Assembly: GCA_028534125.1 (NCBI GenBank)
Contig: CM052818.1
Location: 19,718,001-19,782,000, forward strand
From: Lama glama
Lineage: Eukaryota
DNA: 64,000 nt
Direction of reading: 5' to 3'
Under the pieces are notes generated by a model that saw only the letters and a list, made by a program, of their open reading frames with translations, did no database searches and was not told the origin of the DNA. Shown here piece by piece: positions 47,619 to 62,347 of this stretch (positions within the stretch are counted from its first letter, which is position 1; each line of letters begins with the position of its first letter). The position numbers were made by a program, and so were the translations under genes.

Positions 47619-49929
47619 GTCTAGAGTATGTAAGATGATAAACCACACCACCTCAGACACTAGAAGGGCAGTGTTCAAGAAGTCCAGCAGTCTCTCTTCT
47701 CCATGTTTATAAGATGAAGTTTGTAGCTATCCAAAGATACTTCTTTGACAAGCAAAAATTATACCTGAAAAATGACTGTCCATTTTTGAAAGCGGCCAAA
47801 CTTAAAACCACTTATTTCCATATACAGTTCTTTGTAAGTTGTATAAACAAGTGGGACATGCAGAAAACATTTATAGTTGCCAGGTTACAGCAGGCAATTT
47901 CTAACACTGAACCTTTGGTTCAGTTTTATACACAGAGCATGAAATTGAGTGGTTTTTTTTTTTTTATTCCTAATCTGGAGATGGTTGCTAGATTGCATTG
48001 TGACAGAATATTCTAATTTAAAGAAAGACTATTATGGTTCCACACCCCCCGGGGACAGAAAGTGGATTTTTCTTGACATGGGGAATGCTATGTGGGCAGC
48101 TATAATACTGGGAAGCAAAAAATACCGATAGTGATTCACAGAAGAATCCACGTAAGAATCAGGAAGGCATTTAGATAATCTTAATATTTACAAAGTCAGT
48201 GTTGAGGTTCTTTTATTTGTCTTGTTAAATTTTTGGAAATGTGTTGAGCTGAAACCCTTTGAGAACTAAATTACAACTCTTACTTTATGGTTTTATATAA
48301 AGTTACACAGGCCTCTAAAAAAAGTGTTAAATGTCAATTGTATTGATTCTAGATTGAAAGTTCATTATCCATTACAATCTTTCACATCTCTGCATCTGCA
48401 TAGCTATCCTTAAAACTATCCAAAGCAAATTTCTAAAAAGTCATTCCTTCCCTGAAGGATATTATGATTATAATTTAAAACTGGTTTTATAATACTGTAG
48501 TAAGTTATATAGCATTTGTTGAAAAATGATATTTAACAGGATAAGATCTAAATCAGAATTTGGAAAAATTAGAGGTCAAATTCCATTCCTATAAAAATTT
48601 ACATATATTAAAAAATTAAAGACTATAGTCAATGGCCCTCTTATTGCCATAGGTATCTATTACAAAATTTCCACAAAACAAAATAACTGAAATAGTTCCT
48701 AGGAGTTCATTTCAGTGGGACTTAATCCACACTTCATTAGAAATAAATTTAACAAGTTTTAAGACTATATGGCATGCCATAGTGGGTAAAGAGGAAGAAT
48801 ATGACCCAACTAAAATCCTTCCTCTACTGTTTAGTCTGTCTAGACTCCTTACTCAGTCATGATAACACTTTTCCAACAGGAAGCCCTTCAGTTTCAGTAC
48901 AAAAATTGGGACACATGGACTATTAAAGTATTTCTGTGCCAAACTCAGGTACAAGAGGCAGCTTAGGAGATTCAATTTTTGATGGATATTTTGGTGACAT
49001 TTCAATAAGTTTTAGAAAAAATACAGTATCTACTATTGAAGATTGACCTTGAAATGCAGGGATGCATGGCTGTCAGAGCTATAGTCCCTTAAAAGAATCT
49101 GAGAACCACTTGGGTTTTTAAAAAAATTATTTTTCAAATTGTTATTTATACACTTTACTGTGACATGATCTAGGTTATGTAACTGGATGCCTATTTCTTT
49201 TATACTGCTATTTAATATTATATTCAACCATATAAAATTGCTGTTTTGTGGGTAGTGGTCATATAATTCAACCTCCAAGTTACAGTATTAACACTATACA
49301 TAATATGTTAACACAGCAGACCACGTACATGTGCACTCAAAAAATGTGGAGCCCCTGACCTAGTACACTCAGACACTTCTTTCCTATCAGTAGAGTTATA
49401 CTTTTACTGAGTTAGTTATGTTAGCTTCCAGACCTGTTCACGCCACTTGTATTTATCATTGTAATTAGGTGATTTGTTAATTAATCTAATAAAATGTGGG
49501 GGAGTGGGGAAGACTGAGTTGAATGACTCTGAAATTCTCAATAAGAGTGAGATACTTATGCTGTTGAATTAGGTACAGGCAAGAAAATAGTCTTAAAAAT
49601 TGGGAAAAAATATTGCAAAAATTTACAAAGATTCTAAACTCAGAATGCATCAAATGCATTAAAACTCTCAAACTGGAAACCTTAGATGGTATATTATAGG
49701 TATGGTTCCTGAAAGATAAACAGTATGGAACTGCAACTAATGGACCTACTCACAAAGAAAAGGCCTTTGCCCCTTAATAAAAAGACTGATGAATGAACAT
49801 GCAGTCATATTCTTAGAGTAAAATCTTTAAGGTATGCAGCCCTTTTTATGATTTCTGGCTTTATTAGTTTTTGTAAACTACTGGTCCTGATTGAGTCAAA
49901 GAGGCCTTCCTTAATAACCATTTAATTAA

Positions 49930-52540
49930 AACTTATAGTAGTGCCAGGTGGGAGTAGCACAAAGTCCTAATGATAACAGACATGATCTAGATTAAGAGAT
50001 GGTGAGCAAGGAAGACTTCTCCCTGAGGAGGTGGTATTTCAAAATTTTGTCCTGAAGGATGAGTAAGGATGAATTAGGACGGTGTCCTACAGGCAGAGGG
50101 AACAGCATTGGCAAAGGTCCTGAAGCAGGAATGATCATGGCATGAACAATGGCTGAAGTGAATATGGACCAGCAAATGAGAGAAAGAGTGCCAAGATGAA
50201 GCAGAAGAGGCAGGCCTGTAATCCATGATCAGAGAACAAGGAAGGATGTCAATACTGCACAAAGACTACTACAGAGGTCCAGTAAGAACTTAACTAGAGT
50301 AGTGATAGTGGAGACAGATTTGAAATGTTTAGAAGTCAAACCTACAGGATTAATGATTGATTTCAAATAAGGAATGAGGAAGAGGGGGGTATCAAAAATG
50401 AATGCCCCAAGATTAACATACAGAAATCAGTTGCAGTTCTTTACACTAACAATGAAATATTAGAAAAAGATAGTTTAAAAAAATCCCTTTTAAAATCACA
50501 TCCAAAACAATAAAATACTTATGAATAAATCTGACCAAGGAGGTGAAAGACTTATACATGGGGAACTACAAAACATTAAGGAAATTAAAGATGACTTAAA
50601 GCAAGGGAGAGACAGCCTATGCTCTTGGATTGGAAGAACCAGTATCATTAAAATGGCCATACTACCCAAGGCAATCTACAGATTTAATGTGATCCCTATC
50701 AAATTACCCAGGACATTTTTCACAGAACTAGAACAAATAATCCTAAAATTTACATGGAGTCACAAAATATCCAGAATTGCAAAAGCAATACTGAAGAAAC
50801 AGAATGCAGCTGGAGGAATAACCCTCCCAGACTTCATACAATACTACAGAGCTACAGTAATCAAAACAGTGTGTTATTGGCACAAAAATAGACATATGGA
50901 TCAATGGAACAGAACAGAGAACCCAGAAATAAACCCAGACTTTTGGTCAACTAATTTTCGACAAAGGAGGCAAGAACATATAATGGAGGAAAGACAGTCT
51001 CTCCAGTAAGTAGTGTTGGAAAAACTGGGCAGCAGCATGTAAACCAATGAGCTTGGAACACTCCCTGACACCATACACAAAAATAAACTCAAAATGGCTT
51101 AAAGACTTAAACATTAGACAAGACACTATAAACCTCCTAGAAAAAAACATAGGCAAAACATTCTCTGACATAAATCTTAGCAGTGTTCTCCTAAGGCAGT
51201 TTACCCAGGCAACAGAAATAAAAGCTAAAATAAACAAATGGAACCTAATTAAACTTACAAGCTTTTTTGCACAGTAAGGGAAACCATAAGCAAAACAAAA
51301 TGACAACCTACGAAATGGGAGAAAATATTTGCAAATGATGTGACTGACAAAGGCTTAATTTTCAGAATATATGAAAGCTCATATAACTTAATAATAAAAA
51401 AAACCCAATCCAAAAATGGGCAGAATACCTAAACAAGTAATTCCCCAGTGAAAACATACAGATGGCCAACAGGCACATGAAAAGATGCTCAATATCGTTA
51501 ATTATCAGAGAAATGCAAATCAAAACTACAACGAGATATCACCTAACACCAATCAGAATGGCCATCATTAAAAAGTCCACGAATGATAAATGCTGGGGAA
51601 GGTGTGGAGAAAAGGGAACCCTCCTACACTGCTGGTGGGAATGTAGTTTGGTGCAGCCATTATGGAATACAGTATGGAGATTCCTCAAAAAACTAAAAAT
51701 AGACTTATCATATAATCCAGCAATTCCACTCCTGGGCATATATCTGGAGGGAACTCTAATTTGAAAAGATACAGGCACACCAGTGTTCATAGCAGCACTA
51801 TATACAATAGCCAAGACATGGAAGCAACCTAAATGTCCATCAACAGATGATTGGATAAAGAAGTTGTGGTATATTTACACAACGAAATACTACTCAGCAA
51901 TGAAAAAAGAATGAAATAATGTCATCTGCAGCAACATGGATGGACGTGGAGATTGTCATTCTAAGTGAAGTAAGCCAGAAAGAGAAAGAAAAATACCATA
52001 TGATGTCACTCATATGTGGAATCTGGAAAAAAAAAAAAAGAAAAAGAAAAAAAGAGGACAACTCTACAAAGAAAGACACGCAGACATAGTAAACAATGTT
52101 ATGGTTACCAGGGAAAGGGGATGGAAGGGATAAATTTGGGAATTTGAGATTTGCAAATGTTAACCATTATATGCAAAAATAGATAAAAAAGCAAATTTCT
52201 TCTGTATAGCACAGGGAACTATATTCAATATCTTGTAATAACCTTTAATGAAAAAGAATATGAAAACAAGTATATGTATATATATGCATGAGTAGGACAT
52301 TATGCTGTACACCAGAAATTGATACACTGTAACTGACTATACTTCAATTTAAAAAGAAAAAAAAAAATGAATGCCAAGTTTCTGGCTTGGGCAAATGGAT
52401 GGAAAGAGATGCTATTTCAGAGATAGAAAACACAGTAGACAGAACAGTTCTGGCAAGTGAGGGGTTGAAGAGAGTTAATAAATTCAATTTAGAAAACGCT
52501 GCAGTTGAGACTGTCATTGAGACGTCCAGATGAAGCCTCA
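49930..52540 (-). mobile_element. L2 fragment split by the L1 at 50407-52362
   Basis: 'gaggaagaggggggtatcaaaaatgaatgcc|aagtttctggcttgggcaaatggatgg' is continuous antisense L2 once the L1 is removed. Confidence 0.75.
50407..52362 (+). mobile_element. 5'-truncated L1 (ORF2 C-terminal part with stops/frameshifts, 3' UTR, A-tail)
   Basis: ORF2 peptides [62 protein letters not shown]; artiodactyl-type 3' UTR 'gtatagcacagggaactatattcaatatcttgtaataacc'; TSD aaaaatgaatgcc at 50394-50406 and 52363-52375. Confidence 0.97.
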
Positions 52541-55479
52541 TTAGTCCATTAGTGTATATTCATATAATGGATTACTATACAGCAGGGATCAATCTATACC
52601 CGTGAATCTCAAAGGCATAATGCTCAGATAAAGATATGATACAGATGACATGTAATACATTATGAATCAATTTATTTTTTAAATAGGCCAACTCCAAACT
52701 GTGCTGCTTAGATATGCATATGTATCTAATAAGAATATAAAATGCAGGTAAATGGTTACCTATTGTAGGGCAGGATAAAGAATTAGGGAGAGATATGCAG
52801 GAGGCTTCTAAAACACTTAATTTCCTATTTGTCTGCCTGCGTAATGGGTACATGGTTTTTACTTATGAAATATTATTCAGACTGCACTTACAATGTTATG
52901 CACTCTTTCCTGTATACAATAACACTGCATAATAAAATTTAAAAAATCATACAGCCACATTTTGACCACAATGGGAAAAATCAAGTATTAATCAAAAAAG
53001 CCACAAGGAAAATAAAAAGCTCTCACAACGCTTAGGTAAAATAGGAATTTAAAACTGAAAATTATAGGCTATTCAGAAAATAGCATATTAATATTTGGGA
53101 GATTTTTTTCTCTGTATGGCGATTTATCAAAATGCTCTTAAAGGATGGAACTGATACTAAAGTTTGACCAAGCTAGCACATGCACACGCAGAAGAAAACT
53201 AGTGGCTTGTTCCATTTTGACTGCAACGTGTGAAACAACATTCTGACCAAAAGAACCCAGAGTGAAAGGCAGGTATCCACAGGCCCGGGAATGTTTTGGT
53301 GTCTATACTCTATGCCCACCTACTATGAAAGTCATAACCCTTTGTGGAGGCTTGTATACCACTCAGAAATGTTCTGATTTCTAGTGGGTCTATATGACTA
53401 AATTCTACTTCTTTTCTGGAATACTACTTTAAACCAGTTAGTCAGTTAGGAATGTATTTGGAATCACATGTCTAATTTCAAGGAATGAAGTTTAAGGAGT
53501 TCTTGTATTTCTTTCTGCATATTAAGAGAAATACAGTAGTACATTTTAAAAAAGAAAAAAAAAAAGAACATAAAATCAAATTAAGCCACAGTGTTATAGA
53601 AGCTTTGCATTAACCTTACCCCCACAAAAAAGACAACTTAAGAGCGATTTCTTTTTCTAATTAAGAAAACCCCAAGTATTTAAAATTTGTATTTCCGTTT
53701 CTTAAGTTTTACCCACACAATTCTAATTTCCACTGTCATGCAGGAGGGTGCTCCAGGCCATAAAAATCCCAGACTCCTAAACGCAGATTACTGGTAATGA
53801 CGCTGCCCATGCTTTGCTTAGGGCAACATAATGAAAAGGGCACTGGCGTGAGATAGTCAGTTGAGGGGGTGGGGTGAGGAGGAGGCTGAATTCCAGCTTT
53901 ACTGCTTAAGAATGCTGTGAACTTCGATGTTTTCCTTTGCATTTCTGAACCTAAATTTCCCTCTTGGTAAAATGAGGATAACAATACCTACCTCACTTCT
54001 TGGGTTGGATGTGAGGATTAGAAACCATATCTTTAAAGACTTTCAACTCATAGGAGACACTCAAAAGACAATTGCTTTGAAAAGTTACCAGCACTATCTA
54101 GCATAAAGCTTTAGCTTTTCTGTCTTTTAAAAAATAATTCTCCCTTTCACTTCTGGTCCATGCCACAAATGTCAGTCTCTTCCTATGTACAATATCTGCC
54201 AGACTGCAAGTTCTGTTAGTTCTATTAGTCATTTAAACTGTATTATTTCCTAGGAAACAATATGGGAATTTCAGTGTTCCCCAGCAGCCGAAGCTACAGC
54301 TCATCTGCAGCCTAAACCAAGCATAGCTGATCTGTATCATACTGGGCAAGGCCCAGGAACATAGTCCTCATTCATTTTTCTGCTTCAGAATTCCTTTCTA
54401 GTCTGTAACACTGCCACAATTTAAATTTTACCACGTAGATACTGCACACCAGGGAGGCATAAAATCCTGGTAAGTTATGCTCCATTTTCTATGGAGAAAG
54501 TATCTTACATAATATACTAACAAATATACCATTCACTGAAATGTTTCTTACTTGGCCAGCATTATTGGCACACCGTGGTGGAACACAAGGAACCTGTGCT
54601 TTCGCTTCAGAGAGCCCAAAAATCAAATTCAAATACTCACTGTGTGAAATCTAAGTTTCAGCCTTCCCATCTTTAAAAAATGAACAACTATCCCTCTCTT
54701 GTAAGGGTTTTTAAGAGGACAACAAGACATAAAGGTAAGTATAGTGGAATGTATAAAAGGGGCTCAAAAGTGGTAGCTTCTGTCATACAACCCTTCCAAG
54801 GCAGGAAAAGGTACAGTTGGTGGTAGCAGCGAAAAGCAAAGCTGTTTTACGTCTAGAGGGAGATTATTGATAAATTAGCCTTGCCTTTATCTCCTGCCTC
54901 AGGGGAGGCTACCGCAGTCAGGCAAATCAAGCAACTTTACTAAGCACTGTAACCGTATGTGATCAGGGCTGTCTTGGCACTACCCCTACAGATAACGTTT
55001 CCTAGAGCCCAGGGCATCATCCCCCAGCACCTGCCTCCTGCCCCCCAGAAATCTCCCTTAACACCAAATGGTAAGTTAAAAACAAAAACCAACAAAGCCA
55101 AACAACTTTCAGCTGAGGAACTTAGTGGATCAAGCTACTACACTGGCTAGCCTTAATCCAGAAAAGAATCTCTGATTTGGGACTGCTTAACAATGAGCTC
55201 ATTGTGATCCTGCTAATAATTTACAAAGAATATTCAGTTATCAGTGGTAAGTGAGCAATTGTAATCTGGATGATTTCCTGCTCTAGGAAGGATAACTATT
55301 TGTAACCATAGTAGTTTAGAAGAATCACAAGAAATACAAAGACTCTAAGGACTAAAATAAAATGATTTTTTAATAACAACACTTTCCTTCTACTTTTATC
55401 TAAAACTACTTAGAATACATTTATCACGCTTTTACAAACTAAAGGATACTTTAGGAGAGTACTCTTCAATGCCAAATTA

Positions 55480-56650
55480 TAGGCTTGAAGAAAACCAAGA
55501 GGGGAAGGAGGGAAGAAAGAAGGAAAATATAATCAGGACAACTTCCTTTTTTAAAAATTTAGATTCTCTACCAGCCTGAGTAAATAGAAAATTTAAATAT
55601 CTCAAAATTAGTCTATACTTCCGAAAGCTATCTGGGAGGAGTACTGGGAGAAGTGAAGACAAACAGGATACCTTATAACCATTTAAGAAAACTAATTTCA
55701 AGAGAAGCACATTGATGAAAATTATAGACAGAAACTCCAAGTAATACGCCCCAGTTTTGTGTTATATATTACCCTGTAACACACAATTTTATTTTTAAAA
55801 AATAGGACAATCAAAAAACCTTCACCTTGTTAACAGAACTGAAATAAAACAAGTAATATTAGAAGTTGAGAAACAAGTAATATGAAAAGATAATAAAATA
55901 TATGTTCACTTTAACATTTACTGATACTACATGCAGAAGTGCACTGGAGTTTAGAAACTGCAAATGAGAAAGGAGGCGTGGTTATAGAGATGAAAGGCAA
56001 TGAGCAAGTATATTAACCAGAGCAAGAGAAGACCAAAAAGCATAGAAAGCCTAGTAGCCTGGAGTCACAAACTATATGGATGCATAATGTCAGACATAAA
56101 AAAAGGAATGAACATAGATATAAAACAAAGATTTAAAAGAGACCATCATGACAAACCTTAAGCCAATAAATTAAAAAGCTTTTTAAAAAGAGATGGCTAG
56201 ATTTTTAAAAAAATATATAAATTTTCAAAACTGACTCAACAAGAAATAAGAAAGTAATAGCCCATAACTCTAAAAGACTTTGAATCAGTAATTAAAAATC
56301 TTTGCATAAGGAAAGCATTACCCTAGGCAAGTGTTCCAGGCAGAAGTCCATCTGTCCAGCAACAATGATTTCTAATCACCAGTGATCAGAGCAAGAGGTT
56401 AGGGTCAAAAGAGAAGCGACCATCCAGCACAATAATGCAAGAAAAAGAAATAAACGCATAATTAAATGGAAAGGAAGAAATAAAACTGTCCATTTTCAGA
56501 TGACATTGCCCACAAAGAAAATCCTAAGGAATCTTAAACAAACTCCCCCTCCCACCACAAAAAGGAAAAGGAAACCCAGCAGGGTTACAGGATACAAGAT
56601 CTATTTGCTAAAAACAAACATGTAGAAACTGAAATTAAAAGAGATGCAAC
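55480..56650 (+). mobile_element. Old L1 (L1ME) ORF2 fragments
   Basis: 'aaaactgactcaacaagaaataagaaagtaatagccc', 'ggaaaggaagaaataaaactgtccattttcagatgacattg', 'cagcagggttacaggatacaagatc'. Confidence 0.7.
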
Positions 56651-58829
56651 AAAGAATTTGACCTTAAAGGGCAAATAAACAGACTAATAGGACATTTCCT
56701 TAAAATAATGCCTTTACCCAAAGCACTAACTTCTGTATGCTCCAGAAGGATGAGGTTGAAATTGCAGGGAGAGAAATATGCTAGGTATCCTAGTTACCAC
56801 CACCTTTCTACTTCCCCTAGGGGGCGGTGAATGCGGTCTACAATCCACTCCAGAGCCACAGCAGGTCCATCCCTCCTCTCTATCTCCACTGCCCTTCTCC
56901 CAGGATCTATTTTCCTCATCATTTGCATGTATTACTTCTAACAGTTGCTTAAATAATACACCTTCCTCCACCCTCACTCTCCTCTAGAACATCGTGCATA
57001 CTGAACCCAGGATTTCAAGCAGCTAAGAAAAAGTCAAGGGATTCTATGTCTGGCTACTTCTTCTACATTTTAAGAAGTCAACACAAAAACAGTAACAAAA
57101 CAACAGTTAGTATTATAATTTAGGAATATAAAGGTAACAGCTGAAATCGTGTCACCTGGAGAAACAAGGAAACCAAATGGTTATTTTTATGTACACAGTC
57201 TTTCTCTAAAAAGGAGAATTCTGAGTGGGTCACTCTTCAATCATTCTAAAGACAAAAAACAAAGAAACCCTGAGGGAAAAAAATTAATATTTCAAATAGT
57301 TAAAAATGTAAATAAACAACCAAAAGAGATTTGTGAAGAGTCTTTCATGGGAGATGTTAAAGGGGATAAGCAACTCTCTGTCTCCTGCCAGCCCCGGTAG
57401 TCTTTCCTATGCAAGCAACTGCATTAACTAACCTCAAGGATCTGTGGCTTTTTTAAAGATATTAGAATTTAAAAAATTAGCACAGCATTCCAGAGACTCG
57501 AGTTATTTAAGGTCTACCAGTAGCACATCAGTTACAACTTGATTCCTAACCATACTACTGTCCAATTAAACTAAAGTACAATCCTCATGTCCAACATGCT
57601 GAGTTATCTACATCTTCTCATACTCTAGAACTAGTCATGTTTCAGCCAGGTGCTAATTTAATGTTCAGTTTAAACACTACAAGTTTAGTGTCAGCTTCAA
57701 AAAAAACCCAAAAAACAAAAAATCCTAATAAAAGCAGTATTTTCTGTCAACACAAACTTTCCTATGCAGTTTAAGACATATTTACTTCCATAAACACAGC
57801 TTAAAAAGATGGTTATTTTACAGATAACAAAAAAGCAAGTTTAAGCAGTTTTAAAGATGAATCGAACAGTTTAAAGAATAGTTAATTCTCAATATTCTTT
57901 GATAATGAAGGAAGCAGTACTTCATGACAACAAAAAATTCTTAAGATATTCAGTCAGATCTGAAATGAAGTAAGATTTCCTATCTACTTAAACTGTTCGC
58001 ATTACAATTGTTTGAAGTGTAGCAAGTAAAAATAGTCTGTTATTGCTTGCAGGTAGTCCTGGAAAACACTTACACAAGATAATTCATCTTGTCAAATAAC
58101 AATAGACTAATTCTCACAATAAAATGTCAAACCTTTCAATTAAACGCTTGGATCTAATGTGAATGAACCATTCCACAACTGCTATTTCTAACTAGAAATC
58201 ACAAATATACATAAATCAAAATATTTTAAATCTCAGTTATTATGTTGAAAGAGCTAGTTTAAGGAGTATCTAACCAACCAGAGATTTTCTGTGCTCTATT
58301 TCTTATCAGATTACTTCACCAGAAAGATTCATATGTGGCTTGTATTATTTTTGACTCCCTACAGATAGAGTACTTTACCAGAATTACAACTTAACAGTAT
58401 GCCCTCAACTTTCATCAAGAGTTTACAAAATAAATGGCCTTTATATTATTCCATATTCTATAAAAATAGTATCAAAGACATCATTCCTCATATAAAGACC
58501 CACACACAAAAATTCCTCTTTGACTCTACTGCCAAGATTTCTCTCTTAAGAAAACTGATAAGCTTTCTTTAAGCAGAGAATGAGAAACAGATACTGCATA
58601 GTTCCTCCTCTTTTCTGTTACTGCTAACAGGAATTTCTGACAGATTTGAAGATGCCCCTCCCACTCACTTGCAGAAGTCTAAATCAATTATTTTACTAAA
58701 TGTCCATGTGTGGGTTCATTATCTTTTTCTTCTTTTTGGAAGCAGATGGGAATAAAAGTTAACAGATTTTCTGAAACTAGAAAACTCTATACACTTCTGG
58801 GTCTAAAATTTAATAATCTCAAATGTTCC

Positions 58830-59680
58830 TGTATAAAAGGAATGAGTGAGCATTTCAATGGATTGTAAAAACAGACTCACCATAAATAAAGTAGTAAATA
58901 TAAGAAACCATTTGACCTCTCAAAGAAGAGATGGGAAAGCCTATTTAAACAAAATGCTGAAGAAAAACAAAAGGAAATTATCAAAATGCTAAATGACTTA
59001 ACATTTTAAACTTCTGCATGTCAAAAACATGCCATAAACAAAATTAAAGAGCAAATGATAAGCTGGATAAAAAATTTTCAACATATAACAAAGTGTTAAT
59101 ACATTTATAAGACAATAAAAAAACACCTCAATGGAAAATAGGAAAGGGCATATCTAGAAAAAAAAATCACAAAATCAGATACATACTTCACCAATAAACA
59201 TACGAAAAAAAGTCATTCTTAGAATTTATCAAACATCCAAACTGAAGTGTGGTCATAGCTGAGTTTTTCAATGTCATGAAACAGAATACATATATTATGG
59301 CATATTTATATGGTGGAAGAGTATACATACAATGCATCAGAGAAATAAAAATGTTACACTCACATGGATGAGTAGCACAAAAATAAGTCAGACACAAAAG
59401 ACTATATATTGACGTATATGCATATGTCTGTATATATGTACACAGAAGAGGCATAAGTAAACTACATTATTTAGGGATACACACATGGGTGGTGGAGACA
59501 AATGGGGTTGGACGGGAAGGGGCATCTAGCAGGCTTCTGGTATACTGGCAATGTTCTGTTTCTTAATCTGGGTGGTGAATATGCTTTATTTCTCATAAAA
59601 GTATACCTTTATGTTTTACTCACTATGCTATATATATATATATATATATGTGTTGTATTTCACCATTAGAAGAAATAAAG
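58830..59680 (+). mobile_element. Old L1 (L1ME) 3' region with (TA)n
   Basis: 'tttaaacttctgcatgtcaaaaacatgccataaacaaaattaaaga', 'ggcttctggtatactggcaatgttctgtttcttaatctgggtggtg'. Confidence 0.7.
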
Positions 59681-60617
59681 AGCAAAAAAGAAGTGTAGAC
59701 AAGAGAAAGAAAGCAGAAAGCAGTACTTGTTGCAGGCACTAGGAAGTTACTACCCCCTCAGTTATCTTCAGTGAAACTCAAATCATCTCTATACTAAACT
59801 ATTATTTCTCTCATTACACTACCTTTATGATTACTGTATCATACTGTATCTTAAGATAATTTCTAATTATAAGAGAAACACTCTTTTGCAGAATTTTCCT
59901 TCTACTTGACTCCATATGGTTATAAATGTTTTGCTATCTACACAAAGAGCCATTCTGAGAGAAAGCCATAAATGTTTGGCACAGCAACTCCAACTAAACG
60001 TTCCACTAAAGGAAAACATGAAACATTCAATTACACACGACTAGATTACTTCAAATGTTATGAATTAAACTACAACTTAAATAGTTAATTCAATAAGTTA
60101 AGATATTTAAGAACACAATGCTCCTTGGTATGACATTATTCTGCCACGATATCTGTTTGTACTAAAGATGTTGTTCTTTATGAAAGAATGTAAGTTCTTG
60201 CCCCTGTTTTGCATCTTACTAGCTACGTAAGGCAATCTGGATTCTGCTTTCTTACTTAAGTATGGGAGAAGAACTTCAGTTTCCTGGATGTAATTTATGA
60301 GTTACATCCATTTAACTAATCTAGCCCCTTCAGTTGAAATGAGGCTAATGGGCAAACACTTATTTGATTTTAAGGGTTTTTCACGTATGGGGAAACTATG
60401 AGAACATATGTTCTTGCCTTTACAGTTGTAATCAGGTATTTTCTAGGACCATTTCTCACCTCCTCAAGCACAGCTGGCTGTGTAGGAGAAGCACACATCT
60501 GACCCACATTCCACCCACTTTTTGGTCCACTAATACCCTACAAAGTGTCTCAACTTGGCTATTCCTCATCACACCTCACATTCACCATATCTTAAGTTAA
60601 ATCAAGAATTCTCCCCA

Positions 60618-60755
60618 GAAAGTGAATATTTCTGTATGTGCATGTATGACTGCAGCATTATTCTGTACACCAGAAATGGACACAACACTGTAAACTGTAT
60701 TTCTCTCTCTCTCTCCCTCTCTCTCTCTCTATACATATATATACACACATTTTTA
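60618..60755 (+). mobile_element. Very short L1 3'-UTR stub with (CT)n(AT)n tail
   Basis: 'gcattattctgtacaccagaaatggacacaacactgtaaactg' parallels 52296-52336 of the long L1; decayed TSD aagaattctcccca (60604-17) / aaaaattctcctca (60756-69). Confidence 0.8.
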
Positions 60756-62347
60756 AAAAATTCTCCTCAAATTAGGATAGCAGTACACAGTTCTATGGAA
60801 TTTCTTAGAAAATTTTTATTTTACTTTTCCTCCACTTGACACCATTATATTTAATGTTACCTAGTTCAACAGTTTCTTTTTCCAGAATGGCTCTCAAATT
60901 TACCTTTTTTCCGGCACTTTCACTGCCAGTAACCTTGTCCAGATTTCTGTTGCCACATTCCTAGAGTTCTGCAACACCTTAGTTTCTCCTCACTTCCTAC
61001 TAGTAACACCACCAGACTCACTTCCTTTCAGGAACATTAAACAGTCACACACAGCTTCTTGTGCCTGACTTTCTATTCACTGTTATCCATAATTATGCCC
61101 CATTTCATCCAAACTTAATTCTCCTTACTCTAAAACACCTCCATTACTTTGTCCTTCACCATGCAATTCTATTTTTAATATATGCATTAAGTTCTAATTT
61201 CCCTAAAAGAGTTTATTGCTAACACCACAATGTGTTCTTTTCTCAGATCCTTTCAGCAAGTTAATTTTATCTCTACAACTATACCAAAAGATTTAAAAGA
61301 CAAGGAGGTCTTATACTGCTTCCTGTAACTCGAAACACCTAGGGGAAGAAAAGAAATTTACATCCAGATTTTGAGAGAGAAGACAGAACAGTGTCAGAGC
61401 CAAGGTGCTCTATTCTATTCTGCTGCTTCGGTCTCGGCTCAGTTAATTGAGTAAATCAACAGCTGGTCTGTAAGTTGGCTAGAGAAGTATGACTCACCAA
61501 ACTTCCAAACTGACCAATCAGCGGCAATGGGAAAGTATCTATGAGATTCTATTTAAACCATGGGACATGTATTCTATTTAAGTAATTATCTGAAAACTTA
61601 ATCAGAATTTTAATAAAAGAATTTAATTGCTAATCTGCACTGTGTGTTTAATGGGAGAGAGGCCAAAAGCCATAATTTTCTAGGCATCAGTCATATTACT
61701 GGCAATCAAACATCCAGTAATAATTACTGTCACTAAAACAACTTCCATCTGATAACAAAGGAAGTCAGGTGATAGGAATGGAGCTAATTTTCCTCATTCC
61801 ACCCATATATAACCTTTTTCAATGCTAGAGAAACTTCATAAAAGCAAAACCAGCAGGCCACAGCTGTAACAATGTCTTTCTCATTGTCTAGTCCTGGTAC
61901 AACCTCCGCATTGCACAAGGATCGGGATTCACAGCTTGTACCCTCCTGTGTCTTTAACACATCATCAAGAGACTCTTCATTACAACAAAATTATATTTTT
62001 CTTGTGAAAAGCTACTATATTTCTTTATAATTCCATTCTTGTAACTATTTTCCGAATTTGACACCAGGATAATGTTTTTCACATTTATTTTTCATAATTT
62101 ATTTTTCAGTTTATACTTCAGAAACTGGGGTTGGGAGGGGGCATTACCTCCTATGAAAATAAGTTTCCAATATAGGTGACTGTTTTTATCTTCTTTGCAC
62201 TTGTGTTAAATTTCCTTTCAAAAGGTAAGTAGTTATGTGATTTGTGTCTGGGGGCAGTTGTGACGAAATTACAATACAGTAATACACTCTTTGTGCTAAG
62301 AATATCTGTAGAAAACAGAAATCTCACAGAAAACCATGTAACACAGC

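Noticed and set aside
50521..51764. L1 ORF2 ORFs as a functional RT gene
   Set aside because: The element is 5'-truncated and broken by frameshifts and stops.
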